Positions 1-10,511 of a DNA stretch of 64,000 bases are shown piece after piece (the stretch's first letter is position 1; every line of letters begins with the position of its first letter). The notes under the pieces were generated by a model, which was not told the DNA's origin, ran no database searches, and worked only from the letters and a program-made list of their open reading frames with translations. Source of the stretch: a virus. The translations under genes were made by a program, and so were the position numbers. Location: positions 11,629 through 75,628 of IMG/VR virus record IMGVR_UViG_3300005253_000045; one strand, given 5' to 3'.

Positions 1-147
1 CTACTGGTGGTTGGAGAAGGAAGGCTACCCCCAAGACTTAGGGCTGCGTGTCCTCTGCTTCAACTGTAACTGTTCCCTTGGGTACAACGGCTATTGCCCT
101 CATGAGATAGAGAGACAGTCGGCCTACCTTCGGGAGGTGTCTTAGCT

Positions 148-765
148 ATGGCCCTCACAGTGGACGAACTCCGCGACGAGATGTCCCATCATCTCCAAGA
201 CCCTGCCCGTCTGCTAGTCAATGACGACCAGCTCCTAGAGTTCATCAACTCCGCGGCGTGGGATGCTGCTAACGAGGGCTGGGTAGTCGACCTCGATGAG
301 ACCGAAAGTACCACCCTCTCCTCAGGCACCTACGCCTATGATGTTCCAGCCTCGTTTGTCTACGTGCATGAACTTATCGTAGCAGACGCGGCCGGCGACT
401 ACCCCCTGTCTCAACTCATCCCCTGGAGTAAGTGGCAAATTGTCATGAATGGCGCGACAGTTCAGTTCCTACTGAGTAAAGACCGATTCACGATTACAGA
501 CGGTAGGGCGGTTAAGGTGCGCGGCCAAGCCCGGCCGACGGCGGAGTACTCAGCCGACGGTAGCATCGACGCCGGTATGGAGTCATTCATACGCGAGCGT
601 GCTATCATGTATGCTGCTCGGAACCTGTCCCGCCATAGTGGGGGGCACGCTCAGCAGTACGCTCAGTTGATGGTAGAGGCTAAGGCGACTAGTGACGAGC
701 TATTTACGCGGCAGGCAGAGTTGTTCCAGCCAAAGACCATGAGCAGGGTGGTTCCCTCGAGGTAG
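148..765 (+). CDS. Putative head-tail adaptor/tail tubular protein, paralog 1
   Basis: Shares ELRDE..HLQDP..LLEFINSAA..YDVP..GQARP..ESFIRERA..VPSR pattern with the next two ORFs; position ahead of tail genes; SD GGAGGT. Confidence 0.55.
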   Translation: MALTVDELRDEMSHHLQDPARLLVNDDQLLEFINSAAWDAANEGWVVDLDETESTTLSSGTYAYDVPASFVYVHELIVADAAGDYPLSQLIPWSKWQIVMNGATVQFLLSKDRFTITDGRAVKVRGQARPTAEYSADGSIDAGMESFIRERAIMYAARNLSRHSGGHAQQYAQLMVEAKATSDELFTRQAELFQPKTMSRVVPSR

Positions 766-767
766 CT

Positions 768-1706
768 ATGACGCTCAACGAAATGTACGAAGCCCTCGCT
801 AACCACCTGCGCGACCCGATGCTGAGGGTGCTCTACCCCCATCAGCTCTTAGAGTTCATCAACTCCGCGGCACGAGACGCAGCAGGAGAAGGGTTCTTCA
901 TAGCCCTTGAGGACGACGAGTCTCTCAGTCTCGTGACATCAACGTACGACTACGACGTCCCTTCAGACTTCGCCCTAATCCATGACATCTGGCAGGAGAC
1001 GACTGCGGGTGGCGGTGTATACGACCTGTGGATTCCGCACAACCACTGGGCGCTCCGCTACAACGGCAGCGCCCCCCAGATACACTTTGACGATGACCTC
1101 TTCAGTATCACCAACGCGAGAGTCCTGAAGATTCTCGGACAGGCTCGGCCCAGCGAGTATAGTCTGGCTCAAGCCGGCGTCAACGAAGTGCAGCGGGTTA
1201 GCCACGACGGTACAGGCGGTACATTCACGCTGACGTTTGCCGGCCAGACTACATCGGCCATTGATTGGGACGCGACCGCGGCCGCTGTCGACACCATCAT
1301 GCAGGCTCTATCGAACGTCACGGCCGTAACGATAACGGGTGGAGACCTACCTGTCGCCATAGACATTGAGTTCACCAACCCCGGCGCACAGAACATCGCA
1401 GAGATGACGGCTAACGCCGCTAGCCTCACAGGGGATACAGTAGGCGTAACCATCGCTACGGTGACTCAAGGTGCTTTAGCTGTCGCCGCCGGCGCCACCA
1501 GCATTGACACAGGTCTTGAGGCCTTCATTCGCCAGCGTGCTATCCACTACGCCTCGACCTATATGGCAGTGGCTGCTGAGGGCGATGAGGTTGCCCTCTA
1601 TGAGAGAATGGCCGCTAGCGCACTTACAGCAAGCGAGGCCTTCATACAGGCGCAGAGGGCACACTTTGGCCCGAGGCGCTACTCCCGGCCGGTGCCTTCG
1701 AGGTAG
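768..1706 (+). CDS. Putative head-tail adaptor paralog 2 with inserted domain
   Basis: Same core; about 100 aa insert NEVQRV..GGTFTLTFAGQTTSAI typical of virion surface domains. Confidence 0.55.
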   Translation: MTLNEMYEALANHLRDPMLRVLYPHQLLEFINSAARDAAGEGFFIALEDDESLSLVTSTYDYDVPSDFALIHDIWQETTAGGGVYDLWIPHNHWALRYNGSAPQIHFDDDLFSITNARVLKILGQARPSEYSLAQAGVNEVQRVSHDGTGGTFTLTFAGQTTSAIDWDATAAAVDTIMQALSNVTAVTITGGDLPVAIDIEFTNPGAQNIAEMTANAASLTGDTVGVTIATVTQGALAVAAGATSIDTGLEAFIRQRAIHYASTYMAVAAEGDEVALYERMAASALTASEAFIQAQRAHFGPRRYSRPVPSR

Positions 1707-1709
1707 ACG

Positions 1710-2594
1710 ATGACGACGGTAAACGAGCTTCGAGACGACATCTCATTAAACGTTGGTGACCCAATGATGGAACGGGCCAATCGGGACCATGTGCTCGGGT
1801 TCATCAACCGTGCTGCCCGCGATGCGCAGAACTCTGGCTGGCTACTTCGAGTTGAGGACGCCGAGAATATCGGGCTACTCGGCAACGAGTACGAGTACGA
1901 CGTCCCCGCACGATTTGCCTACGTCAAAATGCTCAAGATTGGTGACAAGAACGTAGACAATGCCTCTACCGTAGACACCGGTACGGAGTTGGGTGCCGCT
2001 ATCGCCGACACTACAACGACTGCCATCACGGTAGACGACACTTCCATCTTCGTCGTCAATGACCTCATCCAAGTAGACAGCGAGATAATGTTCATCACGG
2101 CCCTCACGAGCGCCACTGTCCTGGCTGTGACTCGCGGGTATTTTGGAACGACTGCGGCCACACACGACAACGATTCTTCTATCCTACGCCCACTTGCGGA
2201 TGTTGCCTTTGAGTATACCATCCCGCGGGCGTACTGGACGATGAGGCTACAGTCAGGCGGGGCTAACACTAAAACGGCCGCGCTTGGTTCCCGGCCCCAG
2301 TTCGTCTTCAACAGCGACCTCTTCAGCTTCACTGCCGGCACGCCGGTTCAGGTGATTGGACAGCGCCGGCCTACTACGGCCTACGTGAGTGGGGATACGA
2401 TAGACGACCAAACTGAGTCATTTATTGCTGAGCGGGCCACAGCCTACGCCGCCCGCTTTATCTTTGCTCAAGGGAATGCTCCTGATATGAATCAGGTGTA
2501 TCTCCAGTCCTGGGCGAACAGTATTGCTTTCCTACGCTCCCATCCCGCCGAGTTTCGAGTTCGACCAAATAGCACCCGCGTACCAGGACGGTAG
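1710..2594 (+). CDS. Putative head-tail adaptor paralog 3 with inserted beta domain
   Basis: Same core; insert TAITVDDTS.F.VNDLIQVDSE..VTRGYFGTTAATH. Confidence 0.55.
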   Translation: MTTVNELRDDISLNVGDPMMERANRDHVLGFINRAARDAQNSGWLLRVEDAENIGLLGNEYEYDVPARFAYVKMLKIGDKNVDNASTVDTGTELGAAIADTTTTAITVDDTSIFVVNDLIQVDSEIMFITALTSATVLAVTRGYFGTTAATHDNDSSILRPLADVAFEYTIPRAYWTMRLQSGGANTKTAALGSRPQFVFNSDLFSFTAGTPVQVIGQRRPTTAYVSGDTIDDQTESFIAERATAYAARFIFAQGNAPDMNQVYLQSWANSIAFLRSHPAEFRVRPNSTRVPGR

Positions 2595-2596
2595 CT

Positions 2597-4882
2597 ATGA
2601 GCGATGCTGTCGCCGATGATGGTGAATATCAGGACGATACAATCACGCTGAATGGCGTGAAGCTAGCCGTCAACAGCCCTATACGGGCCGGAATGGTCTC
2701 CGAGTTCAGTACGGGCATGAAGGTGGGTAAGGCAACCTATGATGAGCGCCTGCACGCCTTTTGGATAGCTCTCGATGATTTCTCTGGAGGATTCGGCTTC
2801 AGGCAGTTAGACGTCCGAGAAGCGGGCGGAACTCACTTCGACAATGTGGGGGGCGTTGACCTTCGCCGGCCGCGCCACATCACCCTCCCCGCACGGCGGG
2901 ACACACTAGACCCTCCGTCCGACCCTGCCCTCAGTACTCTTATTTCCTGGCAGGACTCCATGATTTACAGCGACATCTCGGGCGCTGAGCGTCTCTACGT
3001 AGCTATCTTGGAGGACATCTTCTACTTAGACATTGAGCGTAGCGTCCTTACCCGGGTCTACGATGGGTCGGCCGACCCCGACGGTGCTAATGCCCCGCGC
3101 TTTGGGCGTATCATAGAAGGGGTGGCGTCAGACGGTACACGCTTCCTCCTAGCCACTGGCGTGGATGCTACCGGCTCTGAAGAATACGTCCGCACGGAGG
3201 ATGGGGGTACTTGGGTAAAGAGCTCGGGTATTCCAGCCACACCTGCCGCTAATGCCTCTATGCAGCTCTCAGACGCTATCTGGTGGAATGGTCTTGTCAT
3301 AGCACATGGCGAGGGAGACCAAATTATTGGTTCCTCCGATGGTAAGGCTTGGGACGTTGACGAGGCAGGCCTTCTCGACCCGCGCTGGCGCACCGGGGGT
3401 AGTTTTGTTCGCTTTGTCGGTACTGCTATGGCCCCATGGGGCTATGATGCCCCCTACTTCCTCAGCAAAGGGCATTTGTGGATACTAGACTGGTATCTTT
3501 ACAATGCCGTCAAAGTCGAAGACCTGGGCGATAGAAACGTACTACGCGCCGGTGTCGTTTGGAATGGCTCCATCATCGTTACAGATGGGTGGAACATTTG
3601 GGAGTACAACCCCGGCAACGCCCAGACGGTACGGCGAATTGGTCTCTTTGGAAAAGACGGTCCTCCCCCCAGCACCAGGTCTGACACCGGACACCCTGGA
3701 CAAGCCGATAACTACTATATCACTCACTTTATCCCCGGCACATCCGACCTATTTGCTATCTGCCGGAGCCTGACTGGCGCCGGCGCCGCGGTAGGGGCAC
3801 CCTCATGGCGCTTAGCGGTCTACAATGGGGTTGGGTGGAGCTGGTTTGGGTCTGAAGTAACCTCTTCACAGGCGTACGCAGGGATTATGGGGATATTCCC
3901 CTCTGCCCTCTCACTCCAACTACCAACTAGGACTATTGACGTGGTGGCTATCGCGGACCAGAATAGTACCGACTGGAACCTGCACACTATCCACCTTCCC
4001 CCTGTAGGCGACATCCCAGTCCCCGGCCCAGGCCAGCGCTTTGAAGACGGCCCTCTATCCTTTGAGACGGGATGGTTTGATGGCGGGTTCGCCGAGTTGG
4101 AAGGAGCACTTCTCCAACTGTCATTCGATGGGTACTCTATGAGTGACACGGAAACTGTACTCGTCGAGTACCGTCTGAATAATCAGACGGAGGCCACGTA
4201 TGAAACGCTAGGCACATTCAAGAAGAACAGCCAGAAGATATGGTTCTCCGACGACCACAGGGGGGTACCCTTTATGTCGGTGCAGTTCCGTATCTCTCTT
4301 GACCGTGGTATTGGCGTGAAGTTCTCCGACGCGGGCACAAACGTAAGTGATGCTGCCTTCGATGCAGGAGACGTTAGTGTCACAGTTCAGGATAGTTCCC
4401 TTTTCCGCATTGGAGACGTCGTGCGCTTTGATGAAGAGCAGTGTCTAATCACCGCCATTACCGCGGCCTCGGAGCTACTCACCATCACCCGCGGGTACAA
4501 CAGTACTACCGACGCAGGTCATAGCAATGGTATCGACGTGTACGCCGAGGAGGGCGTAAGTCCCGAGATTAAGGCTCTCATCCTTGTCTACGACAAGGTA
4601 CCGAAGATGCGTACCGCCTGGACTATTCGTATCGATGTGAGCAGGATGATAGAACGTCCGTTCAGCATAGATGAGGAAACAGCCACTACAGAGAGTATCT
4701 GGCAGTTCCTGAAGTCCCTGGTAAACACCCCAACCCTCACAAAGATGGTGGTTCCCTCCATGGAGAGTGGGGGCGTCAATGTACGAATTACAGACATGCC
4801 TGCCACTATCTCCGACTTCCGTACGGCGATGGGCGGCAGAGGTTTCATCGAACTTCAATTGATTGAAACGGTCGGTGAGTAG
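2597..4882 (+). CDS. Putative tail tube/nozzle (beta-propeller) protein
   Basis: 761 aa, W/G-rich beta repeats, follows adaptor genes as in podoviral tail modules; carries the same ITRGYN.TT..H domain. Confidence 0.5.
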   Translation: MSDAVADDGEYQDDTITLNGVKLAVNSPIRAGMVSEFSTGMKVGKATYDERLHAFWIALDDFSGGFGFRQLDVREAGGTHFDNVGGVDLRRPRHITLPARRDTLDPPSDPALSTLISWQDSMIYSDISGAERLYVAILEDIFYLDIERSVLTRVYDGSADPDGANAPRFGRIIEGVASDGTRFLLATGVDATGSEEYVRTEDGGTWVKSSGIPATPAANASMQLSDAIWWNGLVIAHGEGDQIIGSSDGKAWDVDEAGLLDPRWRTGGSFVRFVGTAMAPWGYDAPYFLSKGHLWILDWYLYNAVKVEDLGDRNVLRAGVVWNGSIIVTDGWNIWEYNPGNAQTVRRIGLFGKDGPPPSTRSDTGHPGQADNYYITHFIPGTSDLFAICRSLTGAGAAVGAPSWRLAVYNGVGWSWFGSEVTSSQAYAGIMGIFPSALSLQLPTRTIDVVAIADQNSTDWNLHTIHLPPVGDIPVPGPGQRFEDGPLSFETGWFDGGFAELEGALLQLSFDGYSMSDTETVLVEYRLNNQTEATYETLGTFKKNSQKIWFSDDHRGVPFMSVQFRISLDRGIGVKFSDAGTNVSDAAFDAGDVSVTVQDSSLFRIGDVVRFDEEQCLITAITAASELLTITRGYNSTTDAGHSNGIDVYAEEGVSPEIKALILVYDKVPKMRTAWTIRIDVSRMIERPFSIDEETATTESIWQFLKSLVNTPTLTKMVVPSMESGGVNVRITDMPATISDFRTAMGGRGFIELQLIETVGE

Positions 4883-4884
4883 CC

Positions 4885-5451
4885 ATGCCGCGGCGCCCGT
4901 CCGAGCTGTCTACACGCAAGCCCCTTGTAGCGCCCAGAACACCTAGGGCACCTGGCCGTAAGGAGGCATTCGAGCGGGAGGGCGTAGAACTGCGCCCCCT
5001 AGCCGGCCCCGCTATTCCTATCCCGCCTGAGCAGGAAGAAGCTCTCCTTGCGCGTTATGAGGGGTGGAAGGCACAGTGGAACGGGTCACTGCCAGAGTTC
5101 CTCGTCTTCGAGTTTCTCACTATCGAGAAGAACCTCATACCGAACTTCGACTTTGTATTTCAGCACCCGCTCTTTGGAGGTAGAACACGCTGGGGCGGGT
5201 TCATTCTTGACTTCTTTTTCAACATGCGCCAGGAAGGATGGCGTGTAATGGGTGAACGCTACCACCTCGAGCAGCCGGCCGACCGCGCCCGGGACGCTGT
5301 TGCAGCTACCCAACTCATGGCCCAGGGTATCAAAGTCATTGACCTCTGGGAGAGCGACTTGATGACCCGAAGGGACTTCGTTCTCAACCTAGCCTGGGAG
5401 CAGGGGGCCAGTGTCATATCGCGTGCGCCCTTTGGGGCGGGGGCTGTCTAA
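4885..5451 (+). CDS. DUF559/Vsr-like PD-(D/E)XK nuclease-fold protein
   Basis: FQHP..FILDF..GERYH..ARD..L..QGIKVIDLWE pattern. Confidence 0.6.
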   Translation: MPRRPSELSTRKPLVAPRTPRAPGRKEAFEREGVELRPLAGPAIPIPPEQEEALLARYEGWKAQWNGSLPEFLVFEFLTIEKNLIPNFDFVFQHPLFGGRTRWGGFILDFFFNMRQEGWRVMGERYHLEQPADRARDAVAATQLMAQGIKVIDLWESDLMTRRDFVLNLAWEQGASVISRAPFGAGAV

Positions 5452-8400
5452 TGGCCACCTACCGCGTAGCAGTGGTCAATGAGCAAAAAAGACCCATTGC
5501 CGGCGTGGTGGTCGAGGCCGTATCCCTCAACAACTGGCCTGACGTCACCACTACTGCGGAGACCGGGCGCAATGGTACCGTACAATTCACGGGCATCAGC
5601 GGCCCTCACTGGTTCCGCCCCCGTACTCGACGCACCTCCACCGCAGTAGGTGGTCGGGTCTACACTGGTGCAGTGGAAGTACAGGTCGTAAACTCAGGGG
5701 GAGAGAAGGTGTGCGTTGACTTCGTTGTTGACTGCGATGGTATGGGCACGCACACCACCCTTGCCGCGGCCATCGCTCAGGCTATCACCGACCAAGCTAA
5801 TCGCGTCATCTTCCTCTGCTGTAGTGTCACAGAGTCCGACATCGAAATCGGTGGGCTGGCTGGCGGCCAGAGCATTACCATTATCTCGCATCAGAACCGC
5901 CGCGCCATCATCACTACTAACTCCGACGAGGATATGTTCAAGCAGACGTCTAATGGCGGAGGGTCGCCTGACGGCGGACTGTTCCTCAAGGATATTGGGC
6001 TGACGATAACTACAGCAGGCTACGCCGTATTCCTGTGCGACACTGGCACAGAGATAACGAATATCTCGGCGGAGCGTGTAGACTTCAATGGCGGTTACTT
6101 TGTACGGAACGATTCTGCCCAAGACGCGATGGGCAACCTGGACATTCGGATTGTTGAGTGTATAGGGGGGCTAACAGGCTTCTACCAAAACGAGGGCTCC
6201 ACCCCCCCTAACGACCTTTACGCCCTCGACAACGATATGACACTGACGCACTGGTGGAAGGAACTGTCTGCCGGCGCAGAAGGGGCAGAGACCAACGCTG
6301 CAAACAGCTCCAATGTGGTTGGGGGGAGCTATACCGTCTCAGAGTGGATGACGATTGCGCTCTCTGGGAACTTCAATAGGTGGGCATTCAAGGACTTCAT
6401 CCTAACCAGTGGCTGCTCGGGTGCACACTTCCGCCACAGTGCCACGGATACCAATCACCGCGGGGTACACTACTCCGACATCCTGTTCATCGCTACAGCG
6501 AATGACACCGACTTTGGTGACTTCCAGGGGCCGGCCGCCAATCCGCAGGATAACCTATACATTGTAGGTATCCATGGGGTTGCGCAATCGGGCGTGACTC
6601 CGAGTGGTACATTCCTCGCAGTAGATACAGACCAAACAAACCCCTATGTCGCGGACATCTGGGCGCCCGCATGGCCTACCGTCTACAGTGGCCCCACCAT
6701 CACGCCCGCAGTACCTCCTGTTATAGACCACGACGACCTAGCCAATGTTACAAGTGACCAGCACCACGCACTGAGCCATGATATTCTCTCCACCGACCAC
6801 CCCGACACCCTCGCGGCATCTGTTGTACGGGGCGACCTCCTATTAACCAACGCAACACCAGTGCTAGCACGGCTACCGATTGGCGCAGCATCCACCTATC
6901 TGAAGTCAGACGCTACCGACGCTGCATGGGCCGCTATCCAGGCCGCAGATGTCGGACTGCCTATCATCGGTACTCCTACTTATGATAGCGTAGAAGGCCT
7001 GAACACCGTCTTCCACTCTGCTGGCTGGATTAGTCCTGGTGGGGTAATTTCTGATGCTGGGGGGGCGACAATCAATGTCACTGCCGGTGATGGGATGCTC
7101 CGTTCCTCAGATAGCCCAGTGGCTCAACTTAAGTTCATTGAGTGGCCAGCATCGAACGGTCTGGCCATCACCGCAGATAGCATCCGCTACATCGGAGTAG
7201 AACTCAACGACCCTAATGACCCACAGGTCGTCGTCCGCACGACCAACAACTTCAACAACAACACCGACTTCATACTCGGCACAGTAGTCAATGACGGAGG
7301 CGTGCTACACGTCCAGAACGCACCGTGGGAGGTTGGCGACCATGCCAACTTTATGATTCAGCGGACGCGCGGGACGGCTCCCATCGCCCGCGACAAAGAG
7401 GTCGGCGGCATTATCTTTTCGGAGAGTGGCACGCGACGAGTAGTTGTCAGTGCGGGCCAACTTTGGAGGGGGCTGACGGCCTTCGTCATAGGTGCCCTTG
7501 ATACCGACCCTGGCGGCGCTGCCGACACCTTCGATGAATACTCATCACAAGGCAAGGAAAATACCGGCATCGCTCAGTGGCCAAACACGCTCTATGACAA
7601 CGGTTCGGGTGGAACCGGCTCGTTGCAAACGATGGGAAACAACAAGTGGGCGAACCTCTGGTGGTACATCGAACTGGACACCGAGCTGGTCATGGTCTAC
7701 GGGACAGCTCAGTATAACACCCGGACCGAGGCTGAGAACGAAGACATTCCTAGTACCTTGCCGGACAGATTGCAGGTGCATGGCATTCTGGCTGCGAGAT
7801 TCATCTTCCAGAAGTCTGCGGCTACGGCGGCGGAGATACTGAGCGCCTTCGATACCCCCTTCACGCCGAGCGGAGTGACGCTCCACGCCGACTTGGGCAC
7901 TGTTACGTCCGGCCAGCACCACACTCAGGCTCATAAGGACGAGCATGACCCCGAAGACGGAGCTGACGCCCTAGACACGGCCAACGCCGCAGAGATTAGT
8001 GTGGTTGTCGCTGCCGGTACAGGCTCGTCTCACTCCCTTGCCCGCGCAGACCACGTTCACGCCATCGTCCACGCTATCACAGACAACCATATCGTCACCA
8101 TCGACGGTGGTGGCGCGGGTGCTCCTGCCAGTGGGGAGTATGCGAAGTGGACAGCTAGTGGGTTGGAAGGAAAGAGTGCCGCTGAAGTAGCAGGCGACAT
8201 CGAGGGGAGTATTGACCACGGTTCTATTGGCGGTCTTGGAGATGATGATCATACGCAGTATGCTCTACTTGCGGGGCGGACTGGTGGTCAGATTATTTAC
8301 GGCGGAGAAAATGCTAGTGCATTCTTGGTTCTTCGCTCTACTAGTCATGGGACAAAGGGCGACATTGCACTTCAACAGGCCACTATCATTACCTTGACGG

Positions 8401-8774
8401 CGGATATAGCCGTAGATGTGTATAGTGGGGACAAACATACAATTCAGTGTACGAGTGCCGGACAGGTGTTACTTCTTGGAGGTATTAGTACGGGTATCGT
8501 CATTGGCGCAGACGTACATCTCTATCGCGCTGAAGCTGATTTGCTGGCCCTCGCCGCAGGAGATAATCTGAATCTCGTTCAGGGATACATCCAGCTAGAG
8601 GATATGTCAACGCCGTCTAACCCTTCCTTTGATGACATGCACTTCTTCACACGTATAGCAGGAGGCCGCATCCAATTCATTGGGCAGGGGCCAACAGGTG
8701 AGGAGTGCGTAATTTGCGACGTGTCTAACACCGTCGCCCCAGCAAATGTTCTTACACTCAACTGGATTGAATAG
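5451..8774 (+). CDS. Tail fibre/tailspike
   Basis: 1107 aa; beta-helix cap motif VDCDGMGTHTTLAAAI; His-rich fibre repeats IDHDDL..DQHH, LHADL..GQHH, IDHGSIGGLGDDDHTQY. Confidence 0.75.
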   Translation: MATYRVAVVNEQKRPIAGVVVEAVSLNNWPDVTTTAETGRNGTVQFTGISGPHWFRPRTRRTSTAVGGRVYTGAVEVQVVNSGGEKVCVDFVVDCDGMGTHTTLAAAIAQAITDQANRVIFLCCSVTESDIEIGGLAGGQSITIISHQNRRAIITTNSDEDMFKQTSNGGGSPDGGLFLKDIGLTITTAGYAVFLCDTGTEITNISAERVDFNGGYFVRNDSAQDAMGNLDIRIVECIGGLTGFYQNEGSTPPNDLYALDNDMTLTHWWKELSAGAEGAETNAANSSNVVGGSYTVSEWMTIALSGNFNRWAFKDFILTSGCSGAHFRHSATDTNHRGVHYSDILFIATANDTDFGDFQGPAANPQDNLYIVGIHGVAQSGVTPSGTFLAVDTDQTNPYVADIWAPAWPTVYSGPTITPAVPPVIDHDDLANVTSDQHHALSHDILSTDHPDTLAASVVRGDLLLTNATPVLARLPIGAASTYLKSDATDAAWAAIQAADVGLPIIGTPTYDSVEGLNTVFHSAGWISPGGVISDAGGATINVTAGDGMLRSSDSPVAQLKFIEWPASNGLAITADSIRYIGVELNDPNDPQVVVRTTNNFNNNTDFILGTVVNDGGVLHVQNAPWEVGDHANFMIQRTRGTAPIARDKEVGGIIFSESGTRRVVVSAGQLWRGLTAFVIGALDTDPGGAADTFDEYSSQGKENTGIAQWPNTLYDNGSGGTGSLQTMGNNKWANLWWYIELDTELVMVYGTAQYNTRTEAENEDIPSTLPDRLQVHGILAARFIFQKSAATAAEILSAFDTPFTPSGVTLHADLGTVTSGQHHTQAHKDEHDPEDGADALDTANAAEISVVVAAGTGSSHSLARADHVHAIVHAITDNHIVTIDGGGAGAPASGEYAKWTASGLEGKSAAEVAGDIEGSIDHGSIGGLGDDDHTQYALLAGRTGGQIIYGGENASAFLVLRSTSHGTKGDIALQQATIITLTADIAVDVYSGDKHTIQCTSAGQVLLLGGISTGIVIGADVHLYRAEADLLALAAGDNLNLVQGYIQLEDMSTPSNPSFDDMHFFTRIAGGRIQFIGQGPTGEECVICDVSNTVAPANVLTLNWIE

Positions 8775-8827
8775 GGGTTGTTTCTAGCCCTCTGATTGTG
8801 TTACCATGAAGTTAACTAAGGAGTAAT

Positions 8828-9796
8828 ATGGCATTTCCAGCAGCACCAACAGAATCGGGCAGCGCTAAACTTCACTTTCTAACGACTGACGGAAATGTCG
8901 CAGCCGGATGGTTCGCCATCGACACAGGCGCTACTGGCACCGGCACAAATACTGTTGGTTTTGCCGCCGTCGCTACTCATGTCCATGATGACGCCGCGGG
9001 TGCCCCTGGTGGTCTAACGACGACCAGTGTTCCGCTGGTACTTGTTGGTGGCGTTCGTGATGATGCTCTTGGCGGCCTAACACCCGTAGAAGGTGATGCT
9101 GTTTATCTTCTGGTGGACGCCAATGGCGCTCTTTGGACGCATGACAACGCACTAGACGCTGCCCTGGCGGGCACGGAGCTTCAGGTCGACATCGTGGCCG
9201 CATTGCCCGTAGGCGCAAACGCTATCGGCAAGCTCGCAGCCAACTCCGGTGTCGACATCGGTGACGTGGACGTGACCTCCATCACGGGCCTCACGATGCT
9301 TAACGCTGCGGCACAGGTGACAGGTGACGAGGCTCATGATGCGGCCGACGCAGGAAACCCAATCAAGCTGGGGGGACGCGCACAGACTTCAGAGGCGCAG
9401 CCTGACGAAGTAGCAGATGAAGACAGAGTAGATGCACTCTTCGACCGTAGCGGCTATCTCAGAGTGCGAGGAGACTTCGACCCCAGCTTCGCAGACATCA
9501 ATGACAGTGCTTCTGGAAACAACACTATCATTGCAGCGCAGGCGGCAGGGAAGCGTATCGCTGTCTGGGCCATTCTCATTGTTGCAGACGGGACTGTAGA
9601 TGTGCGCTGGGAAGATGGCGCAGCCGGTACACCCTTCACCGGACAGGTTCCTCTTCAAGCGCGTGAAGGCTACAGTATCAGTGCTGGTGGTATCGTGCCT
9701 CTGTTCGTTGGCACCGCCGCTACACTTCTCAATTTGGAACTCTCGGCTAACATCGTTGTTCATGGATTTGTTAGTTATACAGTAATTGACGATTAG
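8828..9796 (+). CDS. Putative virion/tail-associated protein
   Basis: Gly/Ala/Asp-rich, AIGKLAANSGVDIGDVDV motif; SD AAGGAG; context. Confidence 0.5.
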   Translation: MAFPAAPTESGSAKLHFLTTDGNVAAGWFAIDTGATGTGTNTVGFAAVATHVHDDAAGAPGGLTTTSVPLVLVGGVRDDALGGLTPVEGDAVYLLVDANGALWTHDNALDAALAGTELQVDIVAALPVGANAIGKLAANSGVDIGDVDVTSITGLTMLNAAAQVTGDEAHDAADAGNPIKLGGRAQTSEAQPDEVADEDRVDALFDRSGYLRVRGDFDPSFADINDSASGNNTIIAAQAAGKRIAVWAILIVADGTVDVRWEDGAAGTPFTGQVPLQAREGYSISAGGIVPLFVGTAATLLNLELSANIVVHGFVSYTVIDD

Positions 9797-9804
9797 GAGG
9801 AAGC

Positions 9805-10014
9805 ATGGCGCTGAAGGACTACAACAAGGCACAGGCCAAGAAGACCAAGAAGGAAACGGCCGCGCAAAGACCAGCCACACCCACTGGCGTAGCCTGTACC
9901 GAGCGACAGTGTGACGGGGAGATGTGCTGGCTGATGCCGCCTCAGAAGCACCCGCAGCTAACGGAATTGGCGCGGGCAGTATGTAGCGAATGCGGATGGA
10001 GGGGTTGGTGCTAA
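9805..10014 (+). CDS. Small Zn-finger protein
   Basis: CxxxxC..CxxC; SD AGGAGG. Confidence 0.55.
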   Translation: MALKDYNKAQAKKTKKETAAQRPATPTGVACTERQCDGEMCWLMPPQKHPQLTELARAVCSECGWRGWC

Positions 10015-10511
10015 GAGCCTACCTCGTCCTAGGGCCCGAATCCAGCGGGACTCGCATGATGACCGAGATACTCATAGCTGCCGGCTGTGTCGGCGACCCT
10101 GGGCACGACCAACACTTCGACCAGGAGTTTCCGACCGAGGAGACTATTGTCTGGCGGCGTAGTGTTCCTCATGGGGGAGAATGGCCCCCCCTTGACCTGA
10201 TGATTCATCGCCTCAAGCAATCGGGATACGCGGTCTTTGCTGTTGTGACAATGAGGGACTGGACGGCGATGGCTCGCTCCCAGGTGGAACACTGGAACCA
10301 TAGTTTCGATAGCGCCATCAACAACATACGCACAGCCTACCCTTACATTTTCTCCTCGATGCTCAAGTTCCAGGTGCCCTATATCATGACCAGCTACGAA
10401 AGCCTGAAGGAGTACGGTCCGCAGAAAGACCTGTTCTCCGCTATCGGCTTGGAGGCCCCTGCCTTTGAAGTACGAGATGAAAACCGAAAGCGACTGGAGG
10501 TAATGTCTTGA
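10008..10511 (+). CDS. Sulfotransferase-like P-loop protein
   Basis: LVLGPESSGTR resembles the 5'-PSB loop, VVTMRD..A..S the 3'-PB motif, plus SYESL; GTG start after GGAGG. Confidence 0.6.
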   Translation: MLRAYLVLGPESSGTRMMTEILIAAGCVGDPGHDQHFDQEFPTEETIVWRRSVPHGGEWPPLDLMIHRLKQSGYAVFAVVTMRDWTAMARSQVEHWNHSFDSAINNIRTAYPYIFSSMLKFQVPYIMTSYESLKEYGPQKDLFSAIGLEAPAFEVRDENRKRLEVMS

